A stretch of 64,000 nucleotides of DNA from Isosphaeraceae bacterium (GTDB lineage Bacteria; Planctomycetota; Planctomycetia; Isosphaerales; Isosphaeraceae), in assembly GCA_965201075.1 (NCBI GenBank), contig CBDAVP010000016.1, positions 310,001 through 374,000 of the forward strand. The letters run 5' to 3'. Every line of letters starts with the position of its first letter. Positions within the stretch are counted from its first letter, which is position 1. The notes below the pieces were generated by a model that was given only the letters and a program-made list of their open reading frames with translations, was not told where the DNA came from and did not search any database. This document shows, in pieces, positions 20,032 through 29,238 of the stretch. A program made the position numbers and the translations under genes.

Positions 20032-20108
20032 AGGTGGACTCCTCGGGGCGTGAGGCCCAAGGAGTAACAAACTGGAGACGCCACATCAAACGGACTTTGC
20101 CGTCCTAG
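18434..20108 (-). mobile_element. Insertion sequence (ISNCY-like, two-ORF transposase)
   Basis: Inverted ends CTAGGTCGGCAAAGTCTGATTGATG vs CTAGGACGGCAAAGTCCGTTTGATG (22/25 match). Confidence 0.85.
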
Positions 20109-20285
20109 TTTTTTTATGCGATGGAGGGAATCGCAATGGGCTCGCCCGCATGGGTGAACTTTGAGGTGTTCGCCCGCTGACCGATCGTCTGGGTCTCAAA
20201 GTCTCGTCATCTCTTGTCGACTTCCCATTCGACTTGGCCGTCGACGATTGAACGAACGCGCAATTTTTGAGAAACCGGCGGGGGT

Positions 20286-20687
20286 TCAGGGCGTGAAGCT
20301 ACGGACGATGGCCTGGCCCGCCGGGTCGTAGAGGGCGAGGTTAGGCGTTCCCTCGGCGCTGGTGCCGAGGAAGGCGACCCGGCGACCATTCAGGCCGAAG
20401 ACTTCCAGGCCAGCGCTGCCGTTGTCGGGATTGACGCTGACTGCGACTCGCACGTCGTTGTTCGGCCCGACGACCTCGAGTCGAGGAAATCGGTTGGCGA
20501 GTTGCGCGGCCCCTCCGACGATCAGGAGAATCGCGGTCACGAGGGCGCCAACCCATCGCCGTCGGTTTTGGCGGAGAGTCTGTTCCGCCCTTGCGAGCCG
20601 GCCCGTGACTTCGTGGAGCTCCGTCCTCAACTGCATCAGTTGGTGGTCGAGGGACTTGGTCTCGTTGAGGTCCAGGGTCGTGGTCAT
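20286..20687 (-). CDS. Hypothetical coiled-coil + TM + beta-rich protein
   Basis: GGAG RBS, coiled coil, WVGALVTAILLIVGGAA TM. Confidence 0.65.
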   Translation of the reverse strand: MTTTLDLNETKSLDHQLMQLRTELHEVTGRLARAEQTLRQNRRRWVGALVTAILLIVGGAAQLANRFPRLEVVGPNNDVRVAVSVNPDNGSAGLEVFGLNGRRVAFLGTSAEGTPNLALYDPAGQAIVRSFTP

Positions 20688-20862
20688 GAGTTCTCCGCTC
20701 CTCGCGGGCGAGGGGTCGCGGAGGGGTGCGAGGAAGGTTCCTGACCGACCAGCCGGAGGGATCCCGGCTGGGTGAAATCGGTCTTCCCGCCTCGCTTCCC
20801 CGCGCCTCCGGTTAGTTTCCCGGGGCGGGGACGTCCAGGCAAGGGGGGAATTTTTCGAAGGC

Positions 20863-21693
20863 TCAGCGTCCGGGTTCGCCCGGCAGGTTGATGACCAGGG
20901 GGGCTCCCTGCGGACGGCTGGCCAGGGCGATCTGGTGCCAGGAACGCCAGGCTCGGTCGAGTTCCTGCACGTCGGCTATCCCGTAATGGGAGCGGGCCGC
21001 GGCGTCCCAACCGGTGGGGCCCGAGCCGTCGCGGACGAATCGGAGAAAGCGGGGGCGTCCGCCGGATTCGATCAGGAATCGAGAGACCGAGTAGCCCTGG
21101 CCGTAGAAGCCCATCAGGCCGGAGGGGTCCGACGGGTATTCCTCCATGCGGAAGAGCCGGCCTAGGGGGAGGCCAGAGCCCCGGGTCAGGACGTCGTCGA
21201 CGATGCGGTCGTGGCGGTCGGTTTCCCGGCGATCCTCGCTCAGCAACGACGCCCCTTCGTCAGCCCAGCGCGGCATGGGCCCTCCGAATGTGCCGGCAAA
21301 GACCGTGTGGGTGACTTCGTGAGGGAGGGCCGAGGCCAGGATGCGGTCGAGTCGACCTTCCAGGCTCATCCTCTGACTGGCCACCCGGCCGTTGGCGAAG
21401 TCGAACGAGGTCAAGCCGCCCGCCTCGCCCCCGGTGAGCTTGACCCGGATGGGGCAGGGTGTGTGCCAGGCCGGCAATTCGTGGCCCAGCCAGGACCGAG
21501 CGATCGTCCGTCGGTTCGCCTCGGCCTGCTCGCCGACGCGACGGGCCGCCTCGGCGTTGGGGGCTTCGACGAGGAAGTTCGTACTGCGAAATCCCGCGCC
21601 AATCGCCGAGGGAGGGAGTGTCAACGTGATGGAAAGGAGGAGGAAAATTCCGATCGCGAGTCGCTGGCCCTGGCCGTGGTTGCGAGCGTCCAT
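20863..21693 (-). CDS. Secreted peptidase-MA-like (gluzincin) protein
   Basis: Signal peptide; LPHEVTH...PRWADEG; FYGQGYS. Confidence 0.75.
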   Translation of the reverse strand: MDARNHGQGQRLAIGIFLLLSITLTLPPSAIGAGFRSTNFLVEAPNAEAARRVGEQAEANRRTIARSWLGHELPAWHTPCPIRVKLTGGEAGGLTSFDFANGRVASQRMSLEGRLDRILASALPHEVTHTVFAGTFGGPMPRWADEGASLLSEDRRETDRHDRIVDDVLTRGSGLPLGRLFRMEEYPSDPSGLMGFYGQGYSVSRFLIESGGRPRFLRFVRDGSGPTGWDAAARSHYGIADVQELDRAWRSWHQIALASRPQGAPLVINLPGEPGR

Positions 21694-21892
21694 GCCCACG
21701 ATCCTCCGTGGTCGAGGTTTCGAGACCGTCCCGGTCCCGCGTGTGCCCCTCATCGGGCAGGGTGGCGAAAATAGCAGATCGCCCGGGGACTGTCGCCCCC
21801 AGATGTCCGCGGATCGGCTGGAGATGTTCTAGACTCCGATTCAGAGGGGGGCGAAGCGGCTCCGCTCGCCGTCGCCCGAGGGTCGACCCGTC

Positions 21893-22795
21893 ATGCGTTT
21901 CGCGATCATCACGCCGAGCTACCGATTTGACCTGGGCCGCTGTGAACTCCTCTGCCGATCGGTGTCACGGCACGTCACCGGCTCGTTCCACCACTATCTG
22001 ATCGTCGACGAGCGGGACCGGGCTCCATTCCGCCACCTGGAAAACCACGTGACCACGGTCCTGACTGTCGAGGAGATCCTGCCCTGGTGGATTCGCCGCG
22101 CTCCGCTCATTCGGGGCTGGTGGCTGAACTTCAAAGGGCCGCCGATCCGCAACTGGATCCTCCAGCAGATCGTCAAACTCTCAGTGGCCGAATGCATCGA
22201 TGCTGAAGCCTATCTCTTTGCCGATTCCGATATTGCGTTAACCCGACCGTTCGCGACCGAATCGCTGATCGAGGGCAACCTGTTGCGTCTGTTTCGAGTG
22301 GCGAAAGCCCCCATGTTCCCCGGTCACGCTCGCTGGCACCGCTCCGCCGCCCGACTGCTGGGCCTGCCGCCCACGGATGACCTGGGGACCGCCTACATTG
22401 GCAACCTCATCACCTGGAGGCGAGAGGTTTTGCGCCTGCTGCACCGGCGGATCGAACAGGTCTCCGGTCGTCCCTGGATCGAGACGCTCAGCCGAGAGTT
22501 ACACCTCTCCGAGTACATCCTGTACGGGGCGTTCGTCGAGCGCGTCCTGGGAGCTTCCCACGCCGGACATGATCCCCAGGACAGTTCCCTCTGCCATAAC
22601 AGTTGGGACTTCTCGCTGGAGACCGATCACGACCTGAAAGACTTCTTCGCCAAACTTGACCCGCAGAGCGTGGCCGTGATGGTTTCCTCGAAGCTGGGGA
22701 TCGATCCCTCGCGATATCAGCATCTGCTCGAACAGGTCCGAGATCCGGTGGAATGCCTCTCTCCTCTTGTAAAGTCTCCAGTTACCCTATCTTGA
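21893..22795 (+). CDS. DUF6492-like (GT-A-like) protein
   Basis: ITPSY..D..RCELLC.S, WILQQIVKL, FADSD, LSEYILYG. Confidence 0.7.
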   Translation: MRFAIITPSYRFDLGRCELLCRSVSRHVTGSFHHYLIVDERDRAPFRHLENHVTTVLTVEEILPWWIRRAPLIRGWWLNFKGPPIRNWILQQIVKLSVAECIDAEAYLFADSDIALTRPFATESLIEGNLLRLFRVAKAPMFPGHARWHRSAARLLGLPPTDDLGTAYIGNLITWRREVLRLLHRRIEQVSGRPWIETLSRELHLSEYILYGAFVERVLGASHAGHDPQDSSLCHNSWDFSLETDHDLKDFFAKLDPQSVAVMVSSKLGIDPSRYQHLLEQVRDPVECLSPLVKSPVTLS

Positions 22796-23028
22796 AGCTA
22801 GGTGATACATGGTCGGGGGGTTTCGAGGGGGAAAGGCACCCTAAGCCGGAAATGGGTGAACCTGGGTCGCGACGGAGGCCGATGGTCTGGAGTAAGAGGG
22901 TCGTTGAGCGACCGGGCCTCGCGGTCGGTGCGCGATGCCCCGCCAGCCGCGTGGGTTCCCCAGGTAGGGGGCTTTCGCGGCATGAGTCCGTCCGCCTCGC
23001 CGGACCGCCCGAAATTCAGGAGGAATTC

Positions 23029-23256
23029 ATGTCCACCGCACGTCTCCGCGTCTTTCCCCGTCCGGAAGGGGAAGCGAAAGTGAAGTTTTCGCCCGCCAAC
23101 GTTCCGGTTCGGCTTTCGGAACTTTATCCCCTCCTGGCTCAAGCCCAGCGCGATCAATATCTCTGGTTGCGCGACTTCGAGGACGACGAGTTGCTCATCA
23201 CAGCCGACCTGTTCGAGGTCGTTCGAGCGTTTTCGGGCTGCCGTCCGTCGGCCTGA
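23029..23256 (+). CDS. Small conserved hypothetical protein
   Basis: AGGAGG RBS; WLRDFEDDELLITADLFEV..RPSA. Confidence 0.65.
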   Translation: MSTARLRVFPRPEGEAKVKFSPANVPVRLSELYPLLAQAQRDQYLWLRDFEDDELLITADLFEVVRAFSGCRPSA

Positions 23257-23381
23257 GGTGAAAGGGAGCGGCGAGAACCGCCCGGGTGGCCCTTGTCGGG
23301 GGGAACCCCTCGACCTACGCTGAGGGCATTGCGTTGCGCCGGCCGTCGTCGCCGGAGGATGCCTTCCCGGCGGGCCCTTCC

Positions 23382-23756
23382 ATGACCGAGCCAGACCTTT
23401 CGGACGCCTTCACCATCGAGCGTCATGGTGAGGTGACCCTCCTGGGAGCTTCCGCCTCCCTGGAATCGCTCGACGTGACCCTGGCCGACCAGGTCGCCGA
23501 GGTCGTTCTTTCGCCCTTGCGACGGCTCCAGGAGCCGCTGGTGGTGGTGGACCTGTCGGCGGTGGACTATTTCGGGTCGATCTTTCTGGCCCTCCTCATC
23601 CGTTGTTGGAAATTGGTTTCCGACAAAGGTGGGATGATGGTTCTGGCGGGAGTCTCGGAGCGGGCCAAGGAATTGCTTCGCCTGACCTCCCTGGACATGC
23701 TCTGGCCAATCTACACCGACCGCCGGGAAGCCATCGACGCCTTGCTGTCCGATTGA
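23382..23756 (+). CDS. STAS-domain anti-sigma factor antagonist
   Basis: VVVDLSAVDYFGSIFLALL...ELLRLTSLD. Confidence 0.85.
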   Translation: MTEPDLSDAFTIERHGEVTLLGASASLESLDVTLADQVAEVVLSPLRRLQEPLVVVDLSAVDYFGSIFLALLIRCWKLVSDKGGMMVLAGVSERAKELLRLTSLDMLWPIYTDRREAIDALLSD

Positions 23757-23923
23757 CCCTGGGGACGACCTTCGGCCCGCGCGAGCGGCGTTGACAGCCG
23801 GCCGGACGCGACCGATGATAAAGGCATTCGGGGACCGTCCCTCGTCCCGGAGAGCCGAGGGGTCGTCCCCGATCGACGCTTCACGAGGCCCCACGTTGGG
23901 CCCCGGCGCCCGACGGAGCCGTC

Positions 23924-24898
23924 ATGGGCATTTACGACCGCGAATATTATCGCGAGGAATCTCGGGCCGGCTGGCTGTTCGCGGGCCTCGCTCCGACCTG
24001 CAAAATGCTGATCCTGATCAACGTGGCGGTGTTCCTCGTCCGGTACCTCTCGCCGAATGCGAATCGTTTCCTCCACGACTGGTTCGCCCTCAATACCTAC
24101 GACCTGTTTCACCGAGGGGCTGTTTGGCAACTCGTCACCTCGGCGTTTCTCCACAGTCACTCCGACGCGTTCCACATCATCTTCAACATGCTGACGCTGT
24201 GGCTGGTCGGCACCGAGATGGAGACGATGTATGGTCGCCGGGAATTCCTGGCGATGTATCTCTCGGCCGCCGTGTTCAGCGGACTTTGCTGGGCGATCTC
24301 CGACGAGTGGTCCGGCGGGATGGGCACGGCCGTAGGCGCCTCCGGGGCGATCATGGCGGTGGTGGTACTCTTCGCGATGTTTTATCCCCGCCGGACGATC
24401 CTGATCTATGGGCTGATTCCAGTGGAGATGTGGTTGCTGGCCACGATCTACATCGGTGGCGACCTCCTCGTGCTCCTCAGCACACCCATAGGCGCGGACC
24501 CTGGGAATCGGCCCCATCGCGCGATCGTCGCCCACCTTGGTGGCGCGGCCTATGGCTATCTTTACAAGCGTTTCGACCTGCGGTGGTCCCGGCTGCTGTC
24601 AAGAGTTTCTCGGCGGCCACGACTGCGGGTCGTCTCGGCCGAACCTCGCCGGCCTTCCACCCCGAGCGTGGTCTCGACCAACTCGAACCCGCCGCGAAGC
24701 TCTTCCCCCTCGGTGGACCTCCCCCGCGCGACGCCGCCGGGCCCCTCGTTCCCCGAGGAGCAACTCAACGCCCGTCTCGACGAAGTTCTCGCCAAGATTC
24801 TCAGCCAAGGGCGAGAGACGCTCACCGAGGAAGAACTTCGCATCCTCCAGGAGGCCAGCCGTCGCGCTCGCAGTCGCCGCGACGAGGCCGCTCACTGA
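23924..24898 (+). CDS. Rhomboid family intramembrane serine protease
   Basis: WQLVTSAFLH, HIIFNM, GASG, AHLGG; C-terminal LDEVLAKI..G.E.LT..E domain. Confidence 0.92.
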   Translation: MGIYDREYYREESRAGWLFAGLAPTCKMLILINVAVFLVRYLSPNANRFLHDWFALNTYDLFHRGAVWQLVTSAFLHSHSDAFHIIFNMLTLWLVGTEMETMYGRREFLAMYLSAAVFSGLCWAISDEWSGGMGTAVGASGAIMAVVVLFAMFYPRRTILIYGLIPVEMWLLATIYIGGDLLVLLSTPIGADPGNRPHRAIVAHLGGAAYGYLYKRFDLRWSRLLSRVSRRPRLRVVSAEPRRPSTPSVVSTNSNPPRSSSPSVDLPRATPPGPSFPEEQLNARLDEVLAKILSQGRETLTEEELRILQEASRRARSRRDEAAH

Positions 24899-25043
24899 AG
24901 GCCCGGTGCCACGAGGCGTCGTAAGGTCTCTTCCTCCTCCTCCCCATTTCGAACGTCACCCTGAATCCTCTCGTGGATAGTCGCTGTGTCGGTCATGCCG
25001 GCCGTCGAACCTGTTCCTCGCACCCAGGCAAGGAGGCCTCACG

Positions 25044-25709
25044 TTGAAAATCGAGCATCCCGCATTGGTCCGAGCCGTGGGCGTCAGTGGGGCGTGGTTG
25101 GTGCGCCGGCTGGTGGGGACCAACCGATTCCATTTTCGCTATGCCGACCCCTCGACCGACCCGGCCCAGGCCAGACTGACCGGCCAGCGATATATTTATG
25201 CGTTCTTTCATGAAGTCATGCTTTTCCCAGCTTATTACTGGGCGTGGCCCGAGATGCAGATCCTCATCAGCGATCATCGCGATGGCGAACTCATCACGCA
25301 GGTGGTTCGGCGACTGGGTTTCGGCGTGGTCCGAGGATCGACGACCCGCGGAGGCACACGGGCCCTGCGGGAAATGACCCATCGGGTCGACCGAGGCCAC
25401 CTCTGCGTGACCCCTGACGGGCCGAGAGGTCCTCGCCGACACGTTCACCAAGGACTTGCCTACCTGTCCAGCCGCACCGCCTTGCCGGTCGTCGGCGCGG
25501 GGATGGCCTTCCAGCGACCCTGGCGGGCGCGGAGCTGGGACCGATTCGCCGTGCCAAGGCCGTTTGGGGCGGCCTGCTGCGTCGTTCCCGAGCCATTGTT
25601 GGTCCCGCCGGACGCCGATCGACAGACTCTCGAAGCGTGCCGAGCCGAGATCGAACGAAGGATGCGCGACGCGACTCTGGAAGCCGAAGCCTGGGTCGAG
25701 GAGGTTTGA
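25044..25709 (+). CDS. DUF374 lysophospholipid acyltransferase family protein
   Basis: LISDHRDGELI, VRGSTTRGG, TPDGPRGP, SWDRFAVPRPF. Confidence 0.88.
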   Translation: MKIEHPALVRAVGVSGAWLVRRLVGTNRFHFRYADPSTDPAQARLTGQRYIYAFFHEVMLFPAYYWAWPEMQILISDHRDGELITQVVRRLGFGVVRGSTTRGGTRALREMTHRVDRGHLCVTPDGPRGPRRHVHQGLAYLSSRTALPVVGAGMAFQRPWRARSWDRFAVPRPFGAACCVVPEPLLVPPDADRQTLEACRAEIERRMRDATLEAEAWVEEV

Positions 25710-25997
25710 ACCAAATTCTTGCGGTGAATGGAGTAACAACGTCATGGATGATTGACGTTACGCAAGCTGACGACATTGGCTCTCGTGAAAAAATCGTGTG
25801 GAAAAACCACCACTCCTCTCGCTCGCGAGTTCTTCCAACGGTAAACTAATGCTTTCGGGTTGAGTTTCGCCTTTGATGTGTGAGCTGTCTCCCTCGATCC
25901 TCAAAATTCGGATTGGATTTGCGAAACCGCCACGCCTTCTCGGGGTTTATCGTTTCTTCAGAGGACTTAGGGTAGATAGTGGGTCTGGGAGCGATTG

Positions 25998-27185
25998 ATG
26001 ACGAAGCTCAGGGTATTGACGCTTGGACATTCGTACATCGTCGGCCTGAATCGGGCAGTGATGGCCAAGGTCGCGGAAGATCCCCGGATTGAATTGACGA
26101 TCGCGGCACCTCGCACGTTTCATGGCGATCTCCGTCCTTTGAAGCTGGACGAGACCGAGGGCAACTCCTACGGCCTGGTGCCCCTGCCTGCGTACTTCAC
26201 GAAATTCATTCACGGATTTTTCTACGGTGGGTTAGGCAATCTGTTTCAGAAGGGCGCGTTCGATGTGGTTCATGCTTGGGAGGAGCCGTACATCCTTTCA
26301 GGCTATCAGATTGCCAGGCATGCTCATCGGAGCGGAGCCCGCTATTTTTTTCGAACGGCTCAAAGCATTCCAAAGCGTTACCCGCAGCCGTTCGCGCATT
26401 TCGAGAAATATTGCGCGGAGCATGCTTGCGGTTTCGTCGCTGGGGGACATTCGGTCTACAATTCGCTGCGAGCCAAGCGTCCGGGGTATCCCGCACTGGG
26501 AGAAGTGATCACCCTGGCCGCCGATGAGAAGCGATTCCGGCCCGATCCCGTCGAGGGGAACGTGGTACGCCGGGAATTGGGTTTGACGGGACCGATCATC
26601 GGCTATATTGGCCGCCTGACCGCCGCCAAGGGTCTGGATGTCCTGATGGAAGCGCTGGAAAAGCTTCCTGGGCAATGGAATCTACTGGCGTTGGGCAGTG
26701 GTCCCTATGAGAAGCGACTTCTCGACTGGGCGGATCAACATCGTTGGACCGACCGCGTTCGAGTGCTCCTGGCCAAGCACGACGAAGTCCCTCGCTATCT
26801 GCGGGCGATGGACATGCTAGTGGCGCCCAGTCAAACCACCCCGCGTTGGAAAGAGCAATTCGGGCGGATGATCATCGAGGCCTTTGCCACGGGTGTCCCG
26901 GTGATCGGGTCGGACTCCGGCGAGATTCCCCACGTCGTCGGTGAGGCCGGTTTGATCTCCGCCGAGGCCGATCCGTTGGCGTGGACCGCGGCGATCCAAA
27001 ACCTGATGGAAAACCCTGGCCGGCGTCGAGTTCTGGGCGAGGCGGGTCTCAGTCGGTTTCACGACCACTACTCGGCCTCGGGCGTCGCCGCTCGCTATGT
27101 GGACTTCTACCGTAAGATCATGGACGTGCCCCGGCCCGGCTCCTCGATGTCCCCGGTTCGCCCCAGGATCGTGCCGGTGACCTGA
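25998..27185 (+). CDS. Glycosyltransferase family 4
   Basis: GYIGRLTAAKG, WKEQFGRMIIEAFATGVPVIGSDSGEIP. Confidence 0.92.
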   Translation: MTKLRVLTLGHSYIVGLNRAVMAKVAEDPRIELTIAAPRTFHGDLRPLKLDETEGNSYGLVPLPAYFTKFIHGFFYGGLGNLFQKGAFDVVHAWEEPYILSGYQIARHAHRSGARYFFRTAQSIPKRYPQPFAHFEKYCAEHACGFVAGGHSVYNSLRAKRPGYPALGEVITLAADEKRFRPDPVEGNVVRRELGLTGPIIGYIGRLTAAKGLDVLMEALEKLPGQWNLLALGSGPYEKRLLDWADQHRWTDRVRVLLAKHDEVPRYLRAMDMLVAPSQTTPRWKEQFGRMIIEAFATGVPVIGSDSGEIPHVVGEAGLISAEADPLAWTAAIQNLMENPGRRRVLGEAGLSRFHDHYSASGVAARYVDFYRKIMDVPRPGSSMSPVRPRIVPVT

Positions 27186-27239
27186 TCGATCGCGACCGGG
27201 TCGCACCCCGCGTGGACTGATCTTGCCGCGAGGGAAGTC

Positions 27240-27773
27240 TTGGGTTATCCTCCTCCGCGCCTCGGCGACGGCCCTTCCCGACCCCCGTCCGGGTCGCCCA
27301 CGACTTCGGTCTCCCCTTCGAATCACTCCTTGACGATCCTCCTGGTTCGATCGAGCCCTCGGGCTCGTCGAACGGCGGCGGTCGTGGCCCTCGGGCTGGC
27401 GGCCGTGCTGGGGATGGCCCGAGGGCTGGTGCCCGACCCTTCCGGACTCGGGACGCATCGCCAACTCGGATTGCCCCCTTGCGCTTTCCTGGTGACGACC
27501 GGACGTCCGTGCCCAACCTGCGGCATGACGACCGCGTTTTCCTGGGTGGCGCGGGGCCAGTTCGATCACGCCTGGGCCGCGAATCCTGCTGGCTGCCTGA
27601 TCGCGCCGGTCTGCCTCGCGTTGGTTCCGGCGTTGGCGAGTTTCGCGGCGTTCGGGTGGCCGGTGAGCGGCCAGACGTTGACCAAAATTTCAACCGGCTT
27701 GGTTGCGGCCGCTCTGGCCGTCACCTTGTTGGCCTGGATGATCCGACTGATTTCAGGGAGGGAGGCAGGATGA
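27240..27773 (+). CDS. DUF2752 membrane protein (start uncertain)
   Basis: GTHRQLGLPPC...GRPCPTCGMTT. Confidence 0.8.
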   Translation: MGYPPPRLGDGPSRPPSGSPTTSVSPSNHSLTILLVRSSPRARRTAAVVALGLAAVLGMARGLVPDPSGLGTHRQLGLPPCAFLVTTGRPCPTCGMTTAFSWVARGQFDHAWAANPAGCLIAPVCLALVPALASFAAFGWPVSGQTLTKISTGLVAAALAVTLLAWMIRLISGREAG

Positions 27774-28492
27774 CCCCTCGGCTGTTCGCAAGGATGCCCC
27801 GTCGCCGGGCTGGGCTGATGCTGGGTCTTGCGACCCTTGGTCTACTGGGGATGACCGGGTGCGACCCCCGCGCCCTGTTCTTCTTTCTGCAGCCCAACGA
27901 GCCGCTGACCGACCCGATGGGCGGCCCCGACCTGATGGGCAAGCGAGTCGTCGTGCTGGCCCACGCCACCTCGACGGCCAGGGCCCAGGCGGCCAATATT
28001 GATCAGGAGATTGCCCGCAAGGTCGTGGCGATTCTCCGAGAGAAGGTCAAGAAGATCGAGGTCATCGAGCCGTCCAAGGTCCGCGACTGGGACGCCGCCA
28101 ACCCCTCGTGGACCGACCCCGGCGACGCCGCCAAGGCGTTCGAGGCCGACCTGACCATCTTCCTGGAAATCGAACAGTTCGAGACTCAGAACCCCAACAG
28201 TCCCGGCGTCTTCCAGGGTCGATCGACCATCCAGATCCAGTGCGTCGAAATCGCTCACCCCAAGGACACCAAGGGGAAGCCGATCACTTTCAAGCCCAAG
28301 GAGGCGACCCCGGGATTTGAGAACGAGTGCATCACCGAGTTCCCGACCCGGGGCCCGATTCCCATGGATACCGGGGTCTCTCGCTCGGCGTTCAAAAAGA
28401 AATTCCAGGACCTCGTGGCCAACGAAGTCACCTGGCGATTCGTCGCCCACCCCGACGCCGATACCATTCAGGACGTCAGCTTCAACAAGTGA
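27770..28492 (+). CDS. Hypothetical lipoprotein
   Basis: Lipobox MTGC, ATGA overlap with upstream gene. Confidence 0.7.
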   Translation: MTPRLFARMPRRRAGLMLGLATLGLLGMTGCDPRALFFFLQPNEPLTDPMGGPDLMGKRVVVLAHATSTARAQAANIDQEIARKVVAILREKVKKIEVIEPSKVRDWDAANPSWTDPGDAAKAFEADLTIFLEIEQFETQNPNSPGVFQGRSTIQIQCVEIAHPKDTKGKPITFKPKEATPGFENECITEFPTRGPIPMDTGVSRSAFKKKFQDLVANEVTWRFVAHPDADTIQDVSFNK

Positions 28493-28596
28493 CAAGTGAC
28501 CGGGCCCGTCCAACCTCCACTACTTGGCGGGGGTTGGACGTCCGGCGAATCGTGGCTGTGTGTGCCAACCTGGAAGCCACCAAAGGGAGGGCGATC

Positions 28597-29007
28597 ATGG
28601 GACTGGACGCCGGTAGCGACGCCGATGACCAGCTCCTGGCCATGGCCAGATCGGCCAGCGCTTTGTCCTACTCGCCCTATTCCCGGTTCCGGGTCGGCGC
28701 GGCGGTTCTCGCCGGAGGGCGGGTCTTCAAGGGGGCGAACGTCGAGAATGCGTCTTATGGGTTGACCCTATGCGCCGAACGCCTCGCGATCTTGGCGGCG
28801 GTCCTGGAGGGTGCCGGGCCCATCGAGGCGATCGCCGTGGCCTGCGTCGACGCCCCGGAACGCGTGGACACGGCTTCGCTGATGCCCTGCGGCGCTTGCC
28901 GGCAGGTCATGGCCGAGTTCGCCGGACCCGACCTGCCGATCCTCGTCGCCGGTTTTGGCAAAACCACTCTGGGCACACTCCTGCCCCATGCCTTTCGGCT
29001 TGGTTGA
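28597..29007 (+). CDS. cdd: Cytidine deaminase
   Basis: YSPYSRFRVGAA, NVENASYGLTLCAER, PCGACRQ. Confidence 0.93.
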   Translation: MGLDAGSDADDQLLAMARSASALSYSPYSRFRVGAAVLAGGRVFKGANVENASYGLTLCAERLAILAAVLEGAGPIEAIAVACVDAPERVDTASLMPCGACRQVMAEFAGPDLPILVAGFGKTTLGTLLPHAFRLG

Positions 29008-29147
29008 GGTCGCTGGGGAGATTCGGTTCCGTCGGGTGAGTCAGCGATCCCTGCGTGGCACGTTTCCTTGTCATGAGTTCGCGGTGCTCTGGCATCTGAC
29101 CTTGGAGAACAATGGGGGGCTTCGTCGCTGGCAACGGTCCGCGTGCG

Positions 29148-29176
29148 TTGACCCTTGACATGGGCCCTCGGATAAT
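29148..29176 (+). promoter_or_regulatory. sigma70-like promoter
   Basis: TTGACC-17bp-GATAAT. Confidence 0.45.
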
Positions 29177-29238
29177 GGAACGAGAACGTTGGTGCATGGA
29201 GTCGCCCCCGCTCGGGCCGGTCGCCGATTGAGGTCTCC

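Larger units (their letters stand above)
1931..20108. mobile_element. Decayed tRNA-Val-associated genomic island (right boundary approximate)
   Basis: Integrase directly after the tRNA 3' end, three IS elements, at least six broken genes; intact core-type genes resume after about 20.3 kb; no attR found. Confidence 0.65.

Noticed and set aside
20109..20290. attR duplicate of the tRNA-Val 3' end
   Set aside because: No convincing match to GGTTCAAGTCCTGCATCGCCCA was found by eye, only short TCGCCC matches.
25710..27185. Lower-GC spacer and GT4 gene as a separate island
   Set aside because: It is a single gene with no mobility features or flanking repeats, so the evidence is too weak.
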